A stretch of DNA of 44,455 nt from Curvularia clavata. Taxonomy: Eukaryota. The stretch covers positions 2,852,001 through 2,896,455 of the forward strand of contig CP089280.1 of assembly GCA_023920165.1 (NCBI GenBank), written 5' to 3'. Both the position numbers and the translations under genes were made by a program. Positions 1 to 12,265 of this stretch are shown here, in pieces. The notes under the pieces were generated by a model that made no database searches, was not told the DNA's origin, and saw nothing but the letters and a program-made list of their open reading frames with translations. Position 1 is the stretch's first letter. Every line of letters begins with the position of its first letter.

Positions 1-1
1 G

Positions 2-388
2 CTTGAAAGCACTGGTGATTTTGAGGACGGTGTGTATGACTGGATGAAACCTAACAGCCATACAGGCTGGAAAGCCATGAAAACCAACTCCGTGGTTCCA
101 CAGATGCACCCCTTCAGCGTTCGCCAGAGCTTCCCTACCGCCGCTGTTATTCACAACCAACGCAACACGGCACGTCTGCCATCGGAGTACCACCGCTGGA
201 TAGAGCCCCTCCGGAACTGGGACCAAGCTCAGTTTCTATACAGCGAATCGAACCTGATCCAGAGTCAATACCACGCAATACACTCGAATTGTTCAAATGC
301 ACAGCCATTGGAACAACAGTCAGCCCCTGAGGTAGAGGACTTCATGCAGAAGTTCACCAATACAATCTGTTGCAGGAGCCGCAGATAA
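2..388 (+). CDS. 3' end of an unknown ORF running in from outside the window (possible Starship cargo)
   Basis: Frame is open from position 2 to TAA at 388. Composition is not RIP-like. It is convergent with the recombinase. No recognisable domain. Confidence 0.3.
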   Translation, partial: LESTGDFEDGVYDWMKPNSHTGWKAMKTNSVVPQMHPFSVRQSFPTAAVIHNQRNTARLPSEYHRWIEPLRNWDQAQFLYSESNLIQSQYHAIHSNCSNAQPLEQQSAPEVEDFMQKFTNTICCRSRR

Positions 389-831
389 CAAGCCTGTTGC
401 CTGAACCATAAACCTTTCTTGCATGTTTCATTGCGAATGGCGACTTCGGTGGGGGTTTTCTGCTTGCTGGGTTCTCCGCGCTAAGATATGCTACTCACCT
501 CTTTCTCTGTAGATAGCGATTAACATGTGAATGATCTTTCTGAGGCTTTTCATACTTCAACCTCTACCTCGTCTTAAGATAACTAGAGAATATGACACAA
601 GACGAGAGAACGCTTCATACTCTGTTCGTAATGCAGTCGTGCAGCTTCGTTGAGCGTGTAACACACAAACTACTTCCTCTAAGATATTTAATCTTTTCTT
701 GTTCAGAGTAAATGGGTTTCTGTACTTGGACAATATCCTTTTTTCTTTGGCACATATGGCACGAAAAAGGCCTTGAAAGTATTATTGAGATGCTTGGGGG
801 ATGGGGTTGGCTTAATAGAGGCCGCCTTGCT

Positions 832-3163
832 CTACCTGAAGTTATTTGAAACAGTGCCATGCTGCTCAAAAGCATGCCGACGCATGTGCAGCGAATTACT
901 AAGGTGCACCTTGCATAGTCTGCATTCCTCACCTTTGCTCTCGTTGAACTGCATTAGATGTCGTTTGAAGTGTTTGCTGAGGTCGCCTGGTGATGCAAAG
1001 CAGTATAAACGTTTTTCCAAGACTAGACCTTCGTTTCCCAGACATATGAAGCATATCTTTGGTCTATTTTCCTTGAAAAAAACATCTTTCGCCTCTTCGA
1101 TAGCCTTCTTCCGCGTATCATCAGTCTCTTGAGGCTTGTAGTTGGCGCAGGGGTCTTCTGCGCGCCTTCTTGGCATCTCTCCTTCTTCAAAACTGCAGTA
1201 GTCTTTAACTGCATTGATGGCTTCAACTTTTCGTGTCATCTCTGCTGCAACAGATGATTCAGGCGGCGATGTGGCGGCCAGAATCAACCTTTCGTGCCCT
1301 TGTGTTCTTTGAGATTCTTTTGGGACAGTTTCCATCTTTTCCTCAAATCCTTTACCCAAAAGTTGTTGCTGTATATCCTTCTCTGGTTGCGTTTTTTCGT
1401 AGTCTCTCCTAGATTGCCGTAATATTTGGTAGCGCATCCTCTGCTTTTTGTTACGGATATCCCGTTTACACTTTTCATACTCTTGTATATTCATGCTGTT
1501 TTGTTTCAGCCTTTTCTCCATTTTTTGGATTTCCGGGTCTTTTGCGATAGACTGTTTCTGCTCGCTAGTGAGGTATCGAGGTCGATTTGGATCGATCGAT
1601 CGGCTCATGCTGCATGCCGCCTGGATGAGATCTCTCTGAGGCTGCGTACTTCGTACAACCGCTTGTACATCTAAGCTGATGGTTCTCGAGAAGTAATGAT
1701 CTTTGAAAACCTTATCATTAGAGTGATTCATGATCCCATTTCGCATGTTGCTGCTAACGTCCACTATGGTCCCAGCCAAGTTAGCTTTCCTTTTCTTTTC
1801 TACCATCTTCAATTTTTGCTTATCACTCACGGCTTCTATCAAAGGCGTTGCCTGTTCCGTATCGGAAACTGTACGGTTTCAACACTTCTCGAAATCCAGC
1901 AATATGACCAATGTCTTTCAAATGCGTTTTGATAGTAGCATATGGTAACTGGTCGTTACTCATCTCACGTTTTGTTGCTATCTGTTCGTATCGACGGAAA
2001 ACCCAGAGATCAGCTGCTTCGTCTTTGATGGGCACAACGAGTTGGTTGCAGCCGGATCGAATCTCCAGCTTGTACAAACGCTCAGGAGTCAGACTATCAA
2101 TCGAAAAGACTTTGTCAGCAAACATGAGGCCCAGTAGGTAGACGTGAGGGCTCATGTGACGAAATCTGTCGTACTCGATTTCAGGGATTATAAAAGTGTT
2201 CCTAGTACATTAGCGGATTCCGCATGGTCGCAGAAGCTGTTCGGATGTCTGTATACGTACGATGGTTTGGATCCTAGGTATTGCTTAGTTACTCTGTATG
2301 TCAATTCTATCATGAGTTTATGTGCGCCACCGTTTGGATTTCGCATTATGATGACTTTGATATCTCTATAGCGCAATCCAAGAAGTGCTCCAGGACGATT
2401 CGCAGTGATAAAAGCCGTTAGCATGAAGAGACATGCCTGGATACGGTATCTTCCCATCTGAAAACTCATGCTGTTGGTCAAGAGAGTTGTTTCGACGATT
2501 CTTTTCACATCTTCTGCGTCTAGGGAAGACTTTTCCCTCGGTTCATAACTCAACTTGAGCTCTTTAGCCAATGCTGTTGCTTCCTTGTAGATATGTTAGC
2601 GCCTCTTATGGGGTGCAGCCGGTTAAAAAAAACTAGTACAACTAACATTTAGAGTTTCTCTTTCGACTTTTTTGCTCATTGTCTCCCCTGTCAACTTTCT
2701 ATACAATGTGATGAACATCTTCCTGTGCGTGGAGAGTGAACTGGCTGATTTCATTCCGGGAAGCTTCCTTCCTTTTGCTCCTTTAGTTTGCTGCAGCCTC
2801 CACTTGAGATAGTCTGAAAATGCCTTCCCTGAGATAGACCGCATCGCCGTCCGTGGTTCACATCGTTTCGTTGTGCAATATCTTCATAGTGTTCAGCTTT
2901 CGAAAATGGAGGGTAATAAGTGCACATGAAGGGGAGAAATGGTGATGAAAGACTTACTTTTCCCATTGCTCCTCCATACGCTTGATCTGGAGCTCCGTGG
3001 TTTCTGCATAATACCCTGACGGATAGCTAGATCCATTTTCAGACATTTCATTGCCGCTAAGAACATCCGTTTGTGATTTTGAGTCGTTTCCAGTGTTGTA
3101 TTCGAGGTGCTTGTGTGACAAGGAGGAGGGCATCGATACGGAACTCGTGCGATTGCAATCCAT
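832..3163 (-). CDS. DUF3435 tyrosine recombinase (Starship captain-type) with C-terminal C2H2-like zinc motifs, about 688 aa, 5 exons
   Basis: Exons 3163-2958, 2881-2647, 2583-2261, 2201-1831 and 1763-832 join in frame via GT..AG introns (2067 nt). Tyrosine recombinase motifs occur in order: TANRPGALL (R), RVTKQYLG (K), PYSFRYG (YxxR), IMNH (H), FKDHY (Y). DUF3435-typical SMSRSIDPNRPRYLT is present. The C-terminus has CFIC..HFKRH..CRLC..HAFEQH. The start could alternatively be the ATG at about 3046. Confidence 0.88.
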
Positions 3164-3603
3164 AGCAGCTATTCAGTACCACGTCTTTCGGCATTCAAAG
3201 GCAGTGGTTAATAAGAAAATGGGGTTAATTTAGTAATGAAAAAGTAAATGCGCAAACAATTTCTACGCGGGTTTCTGCTAGAGCCGCGTGCAACAACCCG
3301 GGTTTAAGTACACAATCGACTTGATGCACATATACAAAAGACCATGACGTGCCTGAATAAGCTCATCATATTAATGCTGGGATTATCCTTGCATGTACAC
3401 AAGTGGGAACGACATGGTAAGCTTACAGCTAGTAGCTAAAGACAAGGTTATATTCCTACGAATCCACTAATTGTCGCATCAATCTTTATTCGGTAATCCG
3501 GACAATTGCATGCGACGCTCAGCCCCCAAGTATAATAGAGAGGTTTTGTGGCAAGTCAGCATCTGAATACCGCTCCATTGTCTTCTGGAAGCGGTAGCCA
3601 ATT

Positions 3604-6600
3604 CGCCATCTTATTTTTTAAGTTAGGATATATACCTCCTAGCGTTAACTTTGCTCTATCTTTAAGGATAATCTTATAATTCTAATCCTAATGTTCTACT
3701 AAGTCTATTACCTCGTTTTCTTTAAATAGTTCCTTAAACTTATTTATTCTGTATTCTTTAGAAATATCTAATAATACGTCTTTAGGCTTTTTCTAGGGTA
3801 AGGGTCTATCCTTCTTAAGTACAACTCGTCTTAACTAAATAACTCCTACTTACTAAGGGTCCTTCACATAGATTCTCGCGATCTTATATAGTAAGATCTT
3901 GCTAAATCTCCTATCCCAGATTGTATACTAATTCGTTAGGCGTATCTCGTATCGTACTCTAGCAACTCTTTTTATAGGTTCTTAGCTAAGTATTATTCTA
4001 TTTCGCCAATTAATAGTAGGGTTATAGACATCTAGCTAGTTATAACTAATTAATAGATCTATTTCTCCTAGATCTATAATGCTAATGCTTATCTAACTTT
4101 TAGTATTAGACACCTCTAGTGTCACTAATTCTATTTTAAGTCTTATCGTGCCTTTACCGTATACTACAGGCGTCTCTTCGGCCGATATTACCTATAGCGG
4201 ACGCTTCTTGCTCTGGTATAGTATTTCGTACTTCTCTACCACTTAGGGTAAGATTATTGTTCGTACGGCTCCGCTATCTATAATTGCCTATAGTGCGTGC
4301 CCTTATATATACATAGTCGTTACTAATTCTTTTAGGCAATTATTAGTGTAATATACTTATCTTAGGGTTGTTTTAAGACTGCCTTTACTAGCGTGACCCT
4401 ATCCCTAGTAGCATTCTAGTTTTTTAACGGTCCTCTAGACCCGAGCTTCTTTCCTTTTCTCTTCTGTGGAAAGTAGCTATAGTTCTGTTTTGCATCTAGG
4501 TAAATCTTGCAACCGTCGTCTATGCAAAAGGTCTAGTGTTCGTTTAGATATAGAATTATTTCTTCCAGCGTCTCTAGTAGGTTGATTTTCTTCGTCCTAT
4601 ACATCTTATACTTAATTATTCGACATTCCTTAGCCGCGATTGTGTTGTATAGATGGTGATCTGCATATCTTGCCGCGATTCTCTGTTCTTAGTGAAATCA
4701 GCATTTCTCTATGCAGTTGATCTAGCAGAGCTATTCGTGAGCTTATTGGTGTTCTTCCTTGTAGATATGGCAATCTAGTATAGAGCAGTCGTTTGCCTAT
4801 AGATGCTTATAATTAGGATTATACTCGTCTAACTTATATTATTCCTTAGCATCTAAATAGAATATGCAGAATCTTCTCTTATATTTATTCCAGGCGAGAT
4901 CTTTATAATTATTATATTGCTTCTATAGTGCGTAGATAGTGTAATCTAATATTTTGCACGCCTTACTTCTTAAGTATGCGTAGCAATATTCTTCTGCGTC
5001 GTACTAGAACAGTCTTAATTCTTTAGTATAGAACTTATAGTAGTCTATACTATTGTATTCGATCTAATAAAGCTTTCTATGTTCGTCTTTATAGTCGTTT
5101 TCTAGTTCTAGTAGCTCGTCTTTAAAGTACGGTTGTTCCTAGGCTGCCTGGGTAAGTACTTCTCTGGCCATTGGCCCTATGACTACAATTCTTCTTCCTC
5201 GAAGTGGGTAGCTATTGCTGTGGTGTGCTGGGTCTCTGTATATCTAGTATAAATTTTGTGTAATCTATCGCTAGATATCTATATCTTTTACGATCTAGTT
5301 AGATAGCTGTAGTGGTTCTTATTTTATATATTTATCCGCTCTGACGAGCTCTAGAACAATAATATAATCCGTATTCTTAGCTAGACGTACTTCGTCATAA
5401 AGGTCTAGATCGCTAAGGTCGTCGTTAGAGAGTAGTGCGGATGGCTGTGACTTTAGCATCCTAATCTTTATTACTGTCTGCTTAACTTCGTTCTTTAGGC
5501 AGTCTCTGCGGAAATGTCCTACTTTGCTGTATTAGAGATATACTTTATTATTATAACGCTTCTAGCGTTCTTTCTTAGAAAGACCGTTCTAGCTCTTTCT
5601 TTAGGGTTTCTTATCTTTAGTCTTTTCTTATACTTTTCCTGTTATAATTATATCGCCGTCCTTATTTTGGTTGTTGCGTTGTTTCTTGGTATTAGCTATA
5701 TTGGGTTGAAATTGCTATTTCTTTTATTTGTTTCGTTCCTAGATCCTGTTGTTGATTCGCGTAGCTAGCTTAATTAGAGCTTGCAACGTTTCTAGCTTAT
5801 TATAGTATACTAGACTGTCTTTAATAATTTCCTTTAGACTATCTTTAAATACCGTTTGAAGAGCTGCGTTGTCCTAATCGATTCGCGCTTGTAGCTGTTT
5901 AAACTCAGCTATATAAGCTGAAACAGATGTAGTCTGCTTTAGGCGTGTGATTGCTTTTTCTGCTTGGTTTTTAGCGTTGACCTCCCCAAAGATACGTCCC
6001 GTCTTTTCTTTGAAGCTATTCTAGTCTGTAAATAGGGCTTTAGTCTCGTCCTTAGTCTCTTTGGTTTTGACTAACGATAGGTAGTCCTCTATATATAGTT
6101 AGATCTAGTTAGCCGCTCTTTCTTTTATATGCGTACTGGCTATAAGAATCTTTTTCTAATTACTAGATACTTTGTTGAATTCGTAGTATAGGTCGATAGT
6201 AGTAAAGAACGTTCGTAGGTTGTTACGATTTCTATTATACTTCTTAGAAGTTGCCATCTTAGATTTCTTAATAACCTTTTTATTTGGTATAGCTATTAGC
6301 TAACTTATAAGCTAATTAACTATATTCTATATTTCGATTATCTACTATGCCTGAGCCTAATGCTTGCGTCTGAGATTGGCAAGTTCCTACTTAGGGGTCC
6401 CTGGGGCATGCTCGTTGTCTACTCCCTGGGTGCTTCCGGCTATATTAATGTCCTGTGCGGGAGCCGGTCTCTAGATGTTAACATACTCGTTAGAGTTGCG
6501 TAATATAGTGATATCTTAATTAGACGTTTAGTGTTAAACCGCTTACTGAATCTATAGGTAGTTAAAGTGTTATATAGGGTTCTACTTGTTAGTAGGAATA

Positions 6601-7053
6601 TACTTATCTAGCCTAGATTCTAGATTAGGGCGAGACTAGTTTCTATAAAGTATACTGTGAGGTAGTTGTCTGGCGATTCGGTAGTAGGGAGTAATGAAGA
6701 TAGACAAAACTAATTCTATTAGAAGATAGAATAACTAAGTATTAATCTACGTACGAAACAACTTACAAAAGAATACTTAATAAGTTAACTATAATAAGTA
6801 TAATAATAAAATCTAATATATTCTTATATCTATTGCTTCCAGTCCTGCTATCCTGTCTATCCCTTCTTGGCGGGAGGACTGGGATGGCGTTACTATCTCT
6901 TCTTGCACTGCCATCCTGGATAGCTAGCCTTAGTGGGATGACACGTCACGTGACCTCTGCCCCGCGGAGGTCCTTACCCTTTGACGTGGTCGCCCGATGG
7001 TCTCTTACCATGCGGCCTTCGTCAGGAGAGATCCTTCCTTGTTACCTGTAACA
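3604..7053 (-). mobile_element. RIP-mutated Ty3/gypsy LTR retrotransposon, 5' half only (LTR, gag, protease; truncated at the start of RT)
   Basis: Minus-strand relic peptides: gag MATSKKYNRNRNNLRTFFTTIDLYYEFN (about 6260-6175), zinc knuckle GHFRRDC (about 5500-5520), protease IIDSGAVRTII (about 4255-4290) and pre-RT IILKDRAKLTLGGIYP (about 3630-3680). Very TA-rich with many TAG/TAA stops. Ends abruptly at about 3604. Confidence 0.85.
6568..7053 (-). repeat. 5' LTR of the RIPped gypsy element (about 486 bp)
   Basis: TGTTAT...TGTAACA termini directly upstream of gag. A reverse-complement partial copy lies at 22620-22866. Confidence 0.75.
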
Positions 7054-8208
7054 CCCTTGCGCTGGCTATCTAGACTTAATGTGCATATAGCCAAGCAGTA
7101 GTTCTAAAAAGCGGTCTATCTGCCGCAGATACTCGCGTATCTTTTTACTTCTCTATTAGCTATCTAATATCTGCAGCTGCATACCGCCCTTTATACTATA
7201 CGCTCTTATTAGCATATACTCTAGTCTATGAGCTAGATTATTACCTACTATTATAATAAACGACTTGCCCTAGGTTCTAAAGGTAATGTTATCTTAAATC
7301 TTTACTAGATTAATTAAAAACCGTTTAGTAGCATTATCTATCTAGTATAGCTACTAGAACTTACTCTCTAGCTTAGCTTCTATACTTTATACTATTTTAT
7401 ATATAGAAACGCTCTGCTATAATGAGCCAGCCGCTAAGATAAAACGTCTTTTTGTTATTTGACTACTACGTATTGCCAGCATTACCTTTATTTAGCGCTA
7501 TATGCTTACTATATGCTGTAATGGGCGGGCTTTATTGAGCCTAGCACGCAACTACTGGTGCCAACCAGTTAGCCAAGAAGGCTGTAACAGGACTTCAAGC
7601 TTGTCTTGAGGTCTCAGTAGTTGCGTAGATATACTCGATCGGCTTGGCAAAGCCAAGCCACATATACTTTGGGCGTAGCCCCTTACATATGCTAGTAGAT
7701 TAATTATAGCACTTATTAGACTAAGTAAACCGTCTGCTAGATACTTCTTACGTATATCTAAGAACTGCTCTAACTACTCTTCCGTCAGATTCTCATGCTC
7801 AGCTGCGGGCAAAAGCTTCTCTATAGCTAAGACTTGAACGTAGTACACTATACTAGCAAGTATATACGAGAAATTCTTTGCTATACGCAAGTAGTTTATC
7901 TAGATATCTATATCTAGTATAGCTAGATACTATACTAATCTACTTAAAAACTTCTTAGTACTATAGCTTGTGAGAATAAATAAAGCTAGCGAGTTAAGTA
8001 GCTTATCTGTCTACGCAGCTACGTCGTTATCGCCTAGCAAAAACTATAGCTATACTGCTAGCGAATGCTAATCATCCTTCTACTAGAATAGCTTATAGAC
8101 ATTCTTTATCTCGTCAGCTGGTATAGCACTGCGCGGCTATTTCTATACAATAGTTTTGTTATCGCTACTAACTATACTCTCTCTATTGCTATTATCGTAG
8201 TCGCTATT
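7054..8208 (-). pseudogene. RIP-mutated fragment of the N-terminal region of a telomere-linked helicase (TLH / telomere-associated RecQ-like) gene
   Basis: Minus-strand relic motifs: LSRLV*YLAILDID (~SGLVHYLAVLGID), DGLLSLISAIINLLAYVRG (~GSxSPMSxxxxLLAYGK), and REYLRQIDRFLELLLGYMHIKSR*PAQG (~HxxSGQPARG). It is cut at the gypsy LTR. Confidence 0.7.
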
Positions 8209-8709
8209 TGTCAGGACCTGGTCCAAACTGGGCCATGTTAGTCCCATCCCCCTCCTCTATGTGCGGGTTAGTCAGCTAGGGCTTACTTACGTCTATAAAG
8301 CCTTTGCGATCGCTAGAGATGCTCGATAGCGATTCGTCTCATGAATATACGGCTGTTAAGGCATAGTTCTCACCAATCAATCTCGTGCTGTACCATCACG
8401 CTACTAACAGGCTAACACTATTGTTATACTTACTTTCTATACTAGTATCTCTATCGCTTCTACTATCTATATCTACTTCTATATCTATAGCTCGATCCCT
8501 CTATATTAGATATTTGTTTACCTGACTCTGTTCATCTATAATAATGCGTAGATAAAAATAGATAACTTAGATTATATAGCTCGCGTATATAGCCTAACTC
8601 TCTAGATTCTATAGTGTTGTAGATCTAAGCTAGTCAGCTGATCTACATTATCTGGGTGCGTACTACTACACTCAGAATCAACTCAATCTATAGTCGATCT
8701 GTCAAGACA
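8209..8709. repeat. Probable degenerate solo LTR (about 500 bp)
   Basis: TGTCAGG...CAAGACA ends, non-coding, partly RIPped. It separates the TLH relic from the SNF2 relic. No TSD is visible. Confidence 0.35.
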
Positions 8710-10260
8710 TAACGGGGCATCATATTGCACTCGTTCCTAAGAATGTCATGTATATGTATACCGCCGCTGCGTTGAAGAAGTATATCTATATCTCTAGCCT
8801 CTCCATCAGCAATGCAGGAGCCCGCCTAGCCCATATTTAGAAACGTTTCATAATTCGGCGAGATCTCACGTCAAAGTATAAGATCAATCCTCGTAGAACA
8901 TGCCACAGTATCGGCGAGATAATACCCAAAATACATCGCTTCACCCTCCCGCTCCACAACAAAGAGAGCATACAAGCTTTGCACGATCTACTAGCTGCAA
9001 CCTACTCCTCCAAACGTATCATATTAGATCCCAAGCATCCTAGCGAGATAATCATCAATAGCCGTTTCATACGCTAGCTAGGTCTCGCGGCGATTAGTCC
9101 AGTCTTACTGCTCACAAAAAACATCGAGCGCGCTAGAGTAGAAGCCAAGCCTAGTATTCTAAGTAGTAAAGCTTACCCAATTATATACCTAGCGGCTATA
9201 CTCATCTAGACTTCTACTCGCTTACAAGCCGTAATACTCGCCATCACTAATCAAGTTAACCAACGCGATAAGAAAGTGCTCATCTTCGCCAACAGTCCAT
9301 AGAAGACGATGCTTTACACAGTCCTCTTCCACTCTTTCCAGTATAAGGCGTCAGCAATTCTAGCTACCATAAAGACGCCAGACAAAGAAAAAATTGTATA
9401 GCACTTCCAGGCACGTCTTTCTCACTAGACCAAACTCAACACAAAGTTTCAAGACTCGGACAACATTAAGATTCTCGTACTTCGCTACTACATAAACAGT
9501 AGCCTAAATTTACATCAGCATTACCACAATATACACGCGCCGTCGCCTCCACCATCCCTAGCCATCTAGAGTCAGGCTTGCGGTCGCCTAATTCAGTTTA
9601 GTCAGGCATTTAAAGTCGTTATTGTCTAATACTTTATATTCCAGACTTACAATACAACGCAGACCGCTATCATAGCCAAGAACGCACTCATCTCCATTAC
9701 TACCTTCACCTCCCATAACAATAACGATAAAGAACGCACTATTAGTATCTATACCAAGCATGAGAACCTAAAGCACTTACATAGCTACAACAGTACACTT
9801 ATTAATAACCACCGCGAAATCTTCAAATCCATAGCCAAGACAGGCAAAGTAGACTATTCGCTTTCCAATCACAACAAATGACTTAGACTAGTTATACAAC
9901 ATCTTTCTAGATAAAAACGTATCCTAGAACTTAGACAAAAGCACCATAGCCCTAGTTTAAGATATCTACCAGCATATCCATAAGGACGACGCCATCCAGA
10001 AGACACCAACCAGCAAACAAAAGACCAATAGCAAAAAACACCATATATCTCGCGATAGCATTAAGCGACAGTCTACAGATCCATCATCAGGTAATATAGA
10101 GAAAGATCTTAACTCTAACGATATAAGCACTCTACTTAGCAAGTCTACTATCACAAGCCAGAATATAGAGCTGCGGAGCCAGCTATTAAATACCATTCCT
10201 CCGATTAGCAAAGACCGAAAACGCAATCTGAAGCGATGCTAATTATAAAGACTCAGACGC
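8710..10260 (+). pseudogene. RIP-mutated divergent SNF2/SF2 helicase C-terminal-domain relic
   Basis: Plus-strand relic peptides: RFIIRRD, RDKKVLIFANSP (about 9265-9300), SSLNLHQHYHN (~GLNLxxxCH, about 9500) and QACGRLIQFSQ (~QAxGRxxRxGQ, motif VI, about 9575-9605). Multiple TAG stops. The right end is approximate. Confidence 0.65.
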
Positions 10261-10410
10261 AACTCCTTCATACTCTTCAGCTCCAGATAATACGCCGCCC
10301 GAGCAAGCGTCTCACATTATTCAGTTTTCCTCCTCAAAAATTCGCGAGTTTCTCTTAAATCTAAACAAGGGTGACGCTCTCAAGACGGCGACTTTTAATT
10401 TTTTCCCATA

Positions 10411-12265
10411 ACGTGTTTTACAAGCGAGCGGGCCATACAAGCGAGCGGGCCATCTCACCAACTTTGCGCACCTCTTACACTTCAATCATTTATGGCTCTA
10501 TTAAATTAAGCCTAAAACGTTTCTCGTGAAGCTGATATATAGCTGGCAATCTTAGCTATTAGCTAAAACTAAATTTAGTCTTATAGAGATGCCGCGCTAA
10601 TATATAAAGTCCCCCAAACTATATTTAAGCGCCGGCGCGCTAGTATACCTACCTGACGCGATTGCCAACCTAACTTAAAGAAGCTTACTAAGCTAGAAGA
10701 GGAGGTAATAGTTAATTATATACTTGATCTAGATCTACGTGGATTTTCGCCTACCTATATTGCTATGCACGATATAGCTAATAGACTACTAGCTACGCGC
10801 GGCGCTAGCATAGTTAGTGTCTATTAGTCGCGTAACTTTGTTAAGCGTATAGACAGTCTTACGACGCGTTTCAATTAAGCGTATAATAGGTAGAGAGCTC
10901 TATATAAAGATCTAGTCTTAATTAAGAGCTAGTTTAAGCTTATAGAGTAGATAAAAGCTAAGTACGGTATCTATAATAAGGACGTCTATAACTTTAATAA
11001 AGCTAGCTTTATAATAAGTAAGATTACTACTTAGCTTATTATTATAGCGTTAGAAAGAAGAGCTTAACTAAAGGCTATCTAGCCAGATAGTCACGAGTAG
11101 GTGACATTTATCGCTAGAATTAACGTAGCTAGCTAGTCTATTCTACCATTTCTAATCTTTACTAGTAAGCATTACCTATCTATCTAGTACAAGGAGGCAG
11201 AGATCCTATGCGACTAGGCGATTGCAGTTAGCAATAACGGCTAGACAACTAATAAGCTAAGAGTTAAGTAGCTAAAGCACTTTAACGCTTATACAAAGAC
11301 TCGCGTTATAGGCGCGCGTCGTCTACTTATTCTTAATAGCTATAAGAGCTATAACTCTTTTGCGTTTCAAGAGCTCTATAAGAAGAAGAATATCTATACG
11401 CTCTATATACTACCTCACTCGTCTTATCTACTTTAGCCTCTTAATATTAGCTACTTCTCGCCATTAAAGCGCGCGTATAGCCGTAAGGTAGAGAGTCTAA
11501 TATACAACTATATTAACTATATTACTAAGCTTAAGTTTCTACTAGTGTTTAAAGTAGCGTTCGATCGATCCTTCACACCAGCTAATATCTACTTAGCTTT
11601 CTAAGGCGTAGGCTTTATTCCTCTCTAGCCAGAAGCTATTCTATTAAAGCTTAACGTACAGCTGCGTACGCCTACTTCTCTAGCTGCTCTCGTAAAAGCT
11701 CTCTAGCAGGCCTATACGCCAAGCAACGTACGCGAGCTTAAAGCTCAATCAACGCTAATAAGTAATCGCGTCCGACAGCATAAAAGCTCGTCACTAGCGT
11801 CAATTATCGCGGCAATTAGCCAGCTTAAGAAGGGAGCTGAGATTATGATGCTCTCAGCTGAGCTAATGCGCGAGCGGATTACTAGTCTTGAAAGAGCTAA
11901 CGAGGCAGCGTCAAAGCGTAGAGAGCGTAAAAGAAAGCGGATACAGAAGCAAGGAGTACTTACAAAGGGAGCTGGCGAGGATATAGTCGCTCAACGCGAG
12001 GCTGATGAGCAGATTGCCCATGAGGAGCGTCAGAGAGGAGAGCGATCAGGTGTTAGCCGCCAGGCTTTAGCGCGCTGTAGTAGATGTAGAGAGACTGGCC
12101 ATAATTCGCGTACATGTAAGAAAGGTACTCTAGATACTACTTAATTTACTCTGTTAGTTTCTATATATAATAGTGTTGCGTTGTTGAGATACACGTCTAT
12201 AGAGGTGGGCAAAGTTGGTAGGGCGCGCCGCTCGCTTGTACGCGCCGCTCGCTTGTAAAACACGT
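10411..12265 (+). mobile_element. Full-length RIP-mutated pogo/Fot1(Pot2)-type Tc1-mariner DNA transposon, 1855 bp
   Basis: TIRs ACGTGTTTTACAAGCGAGCGG... / ...CCGCTCGCTTGTAAAACACGT with TA on both flanks (10409-10 and 12266-67). Transposase relic 10492-12144 has a CENPB-HTH/DDE layout and C-terminal RCSRCRETGHNSRTC. Many RIP stops. Confidence 0.92.

Noticed and set aside
5514..5768. Hydrophobic 84-aa ORF (also 30041-30319 and 9966-10226)
   Set aside because: These are antisense or AT-rich artefacts of RIPped repeats, not real membrane proteins.
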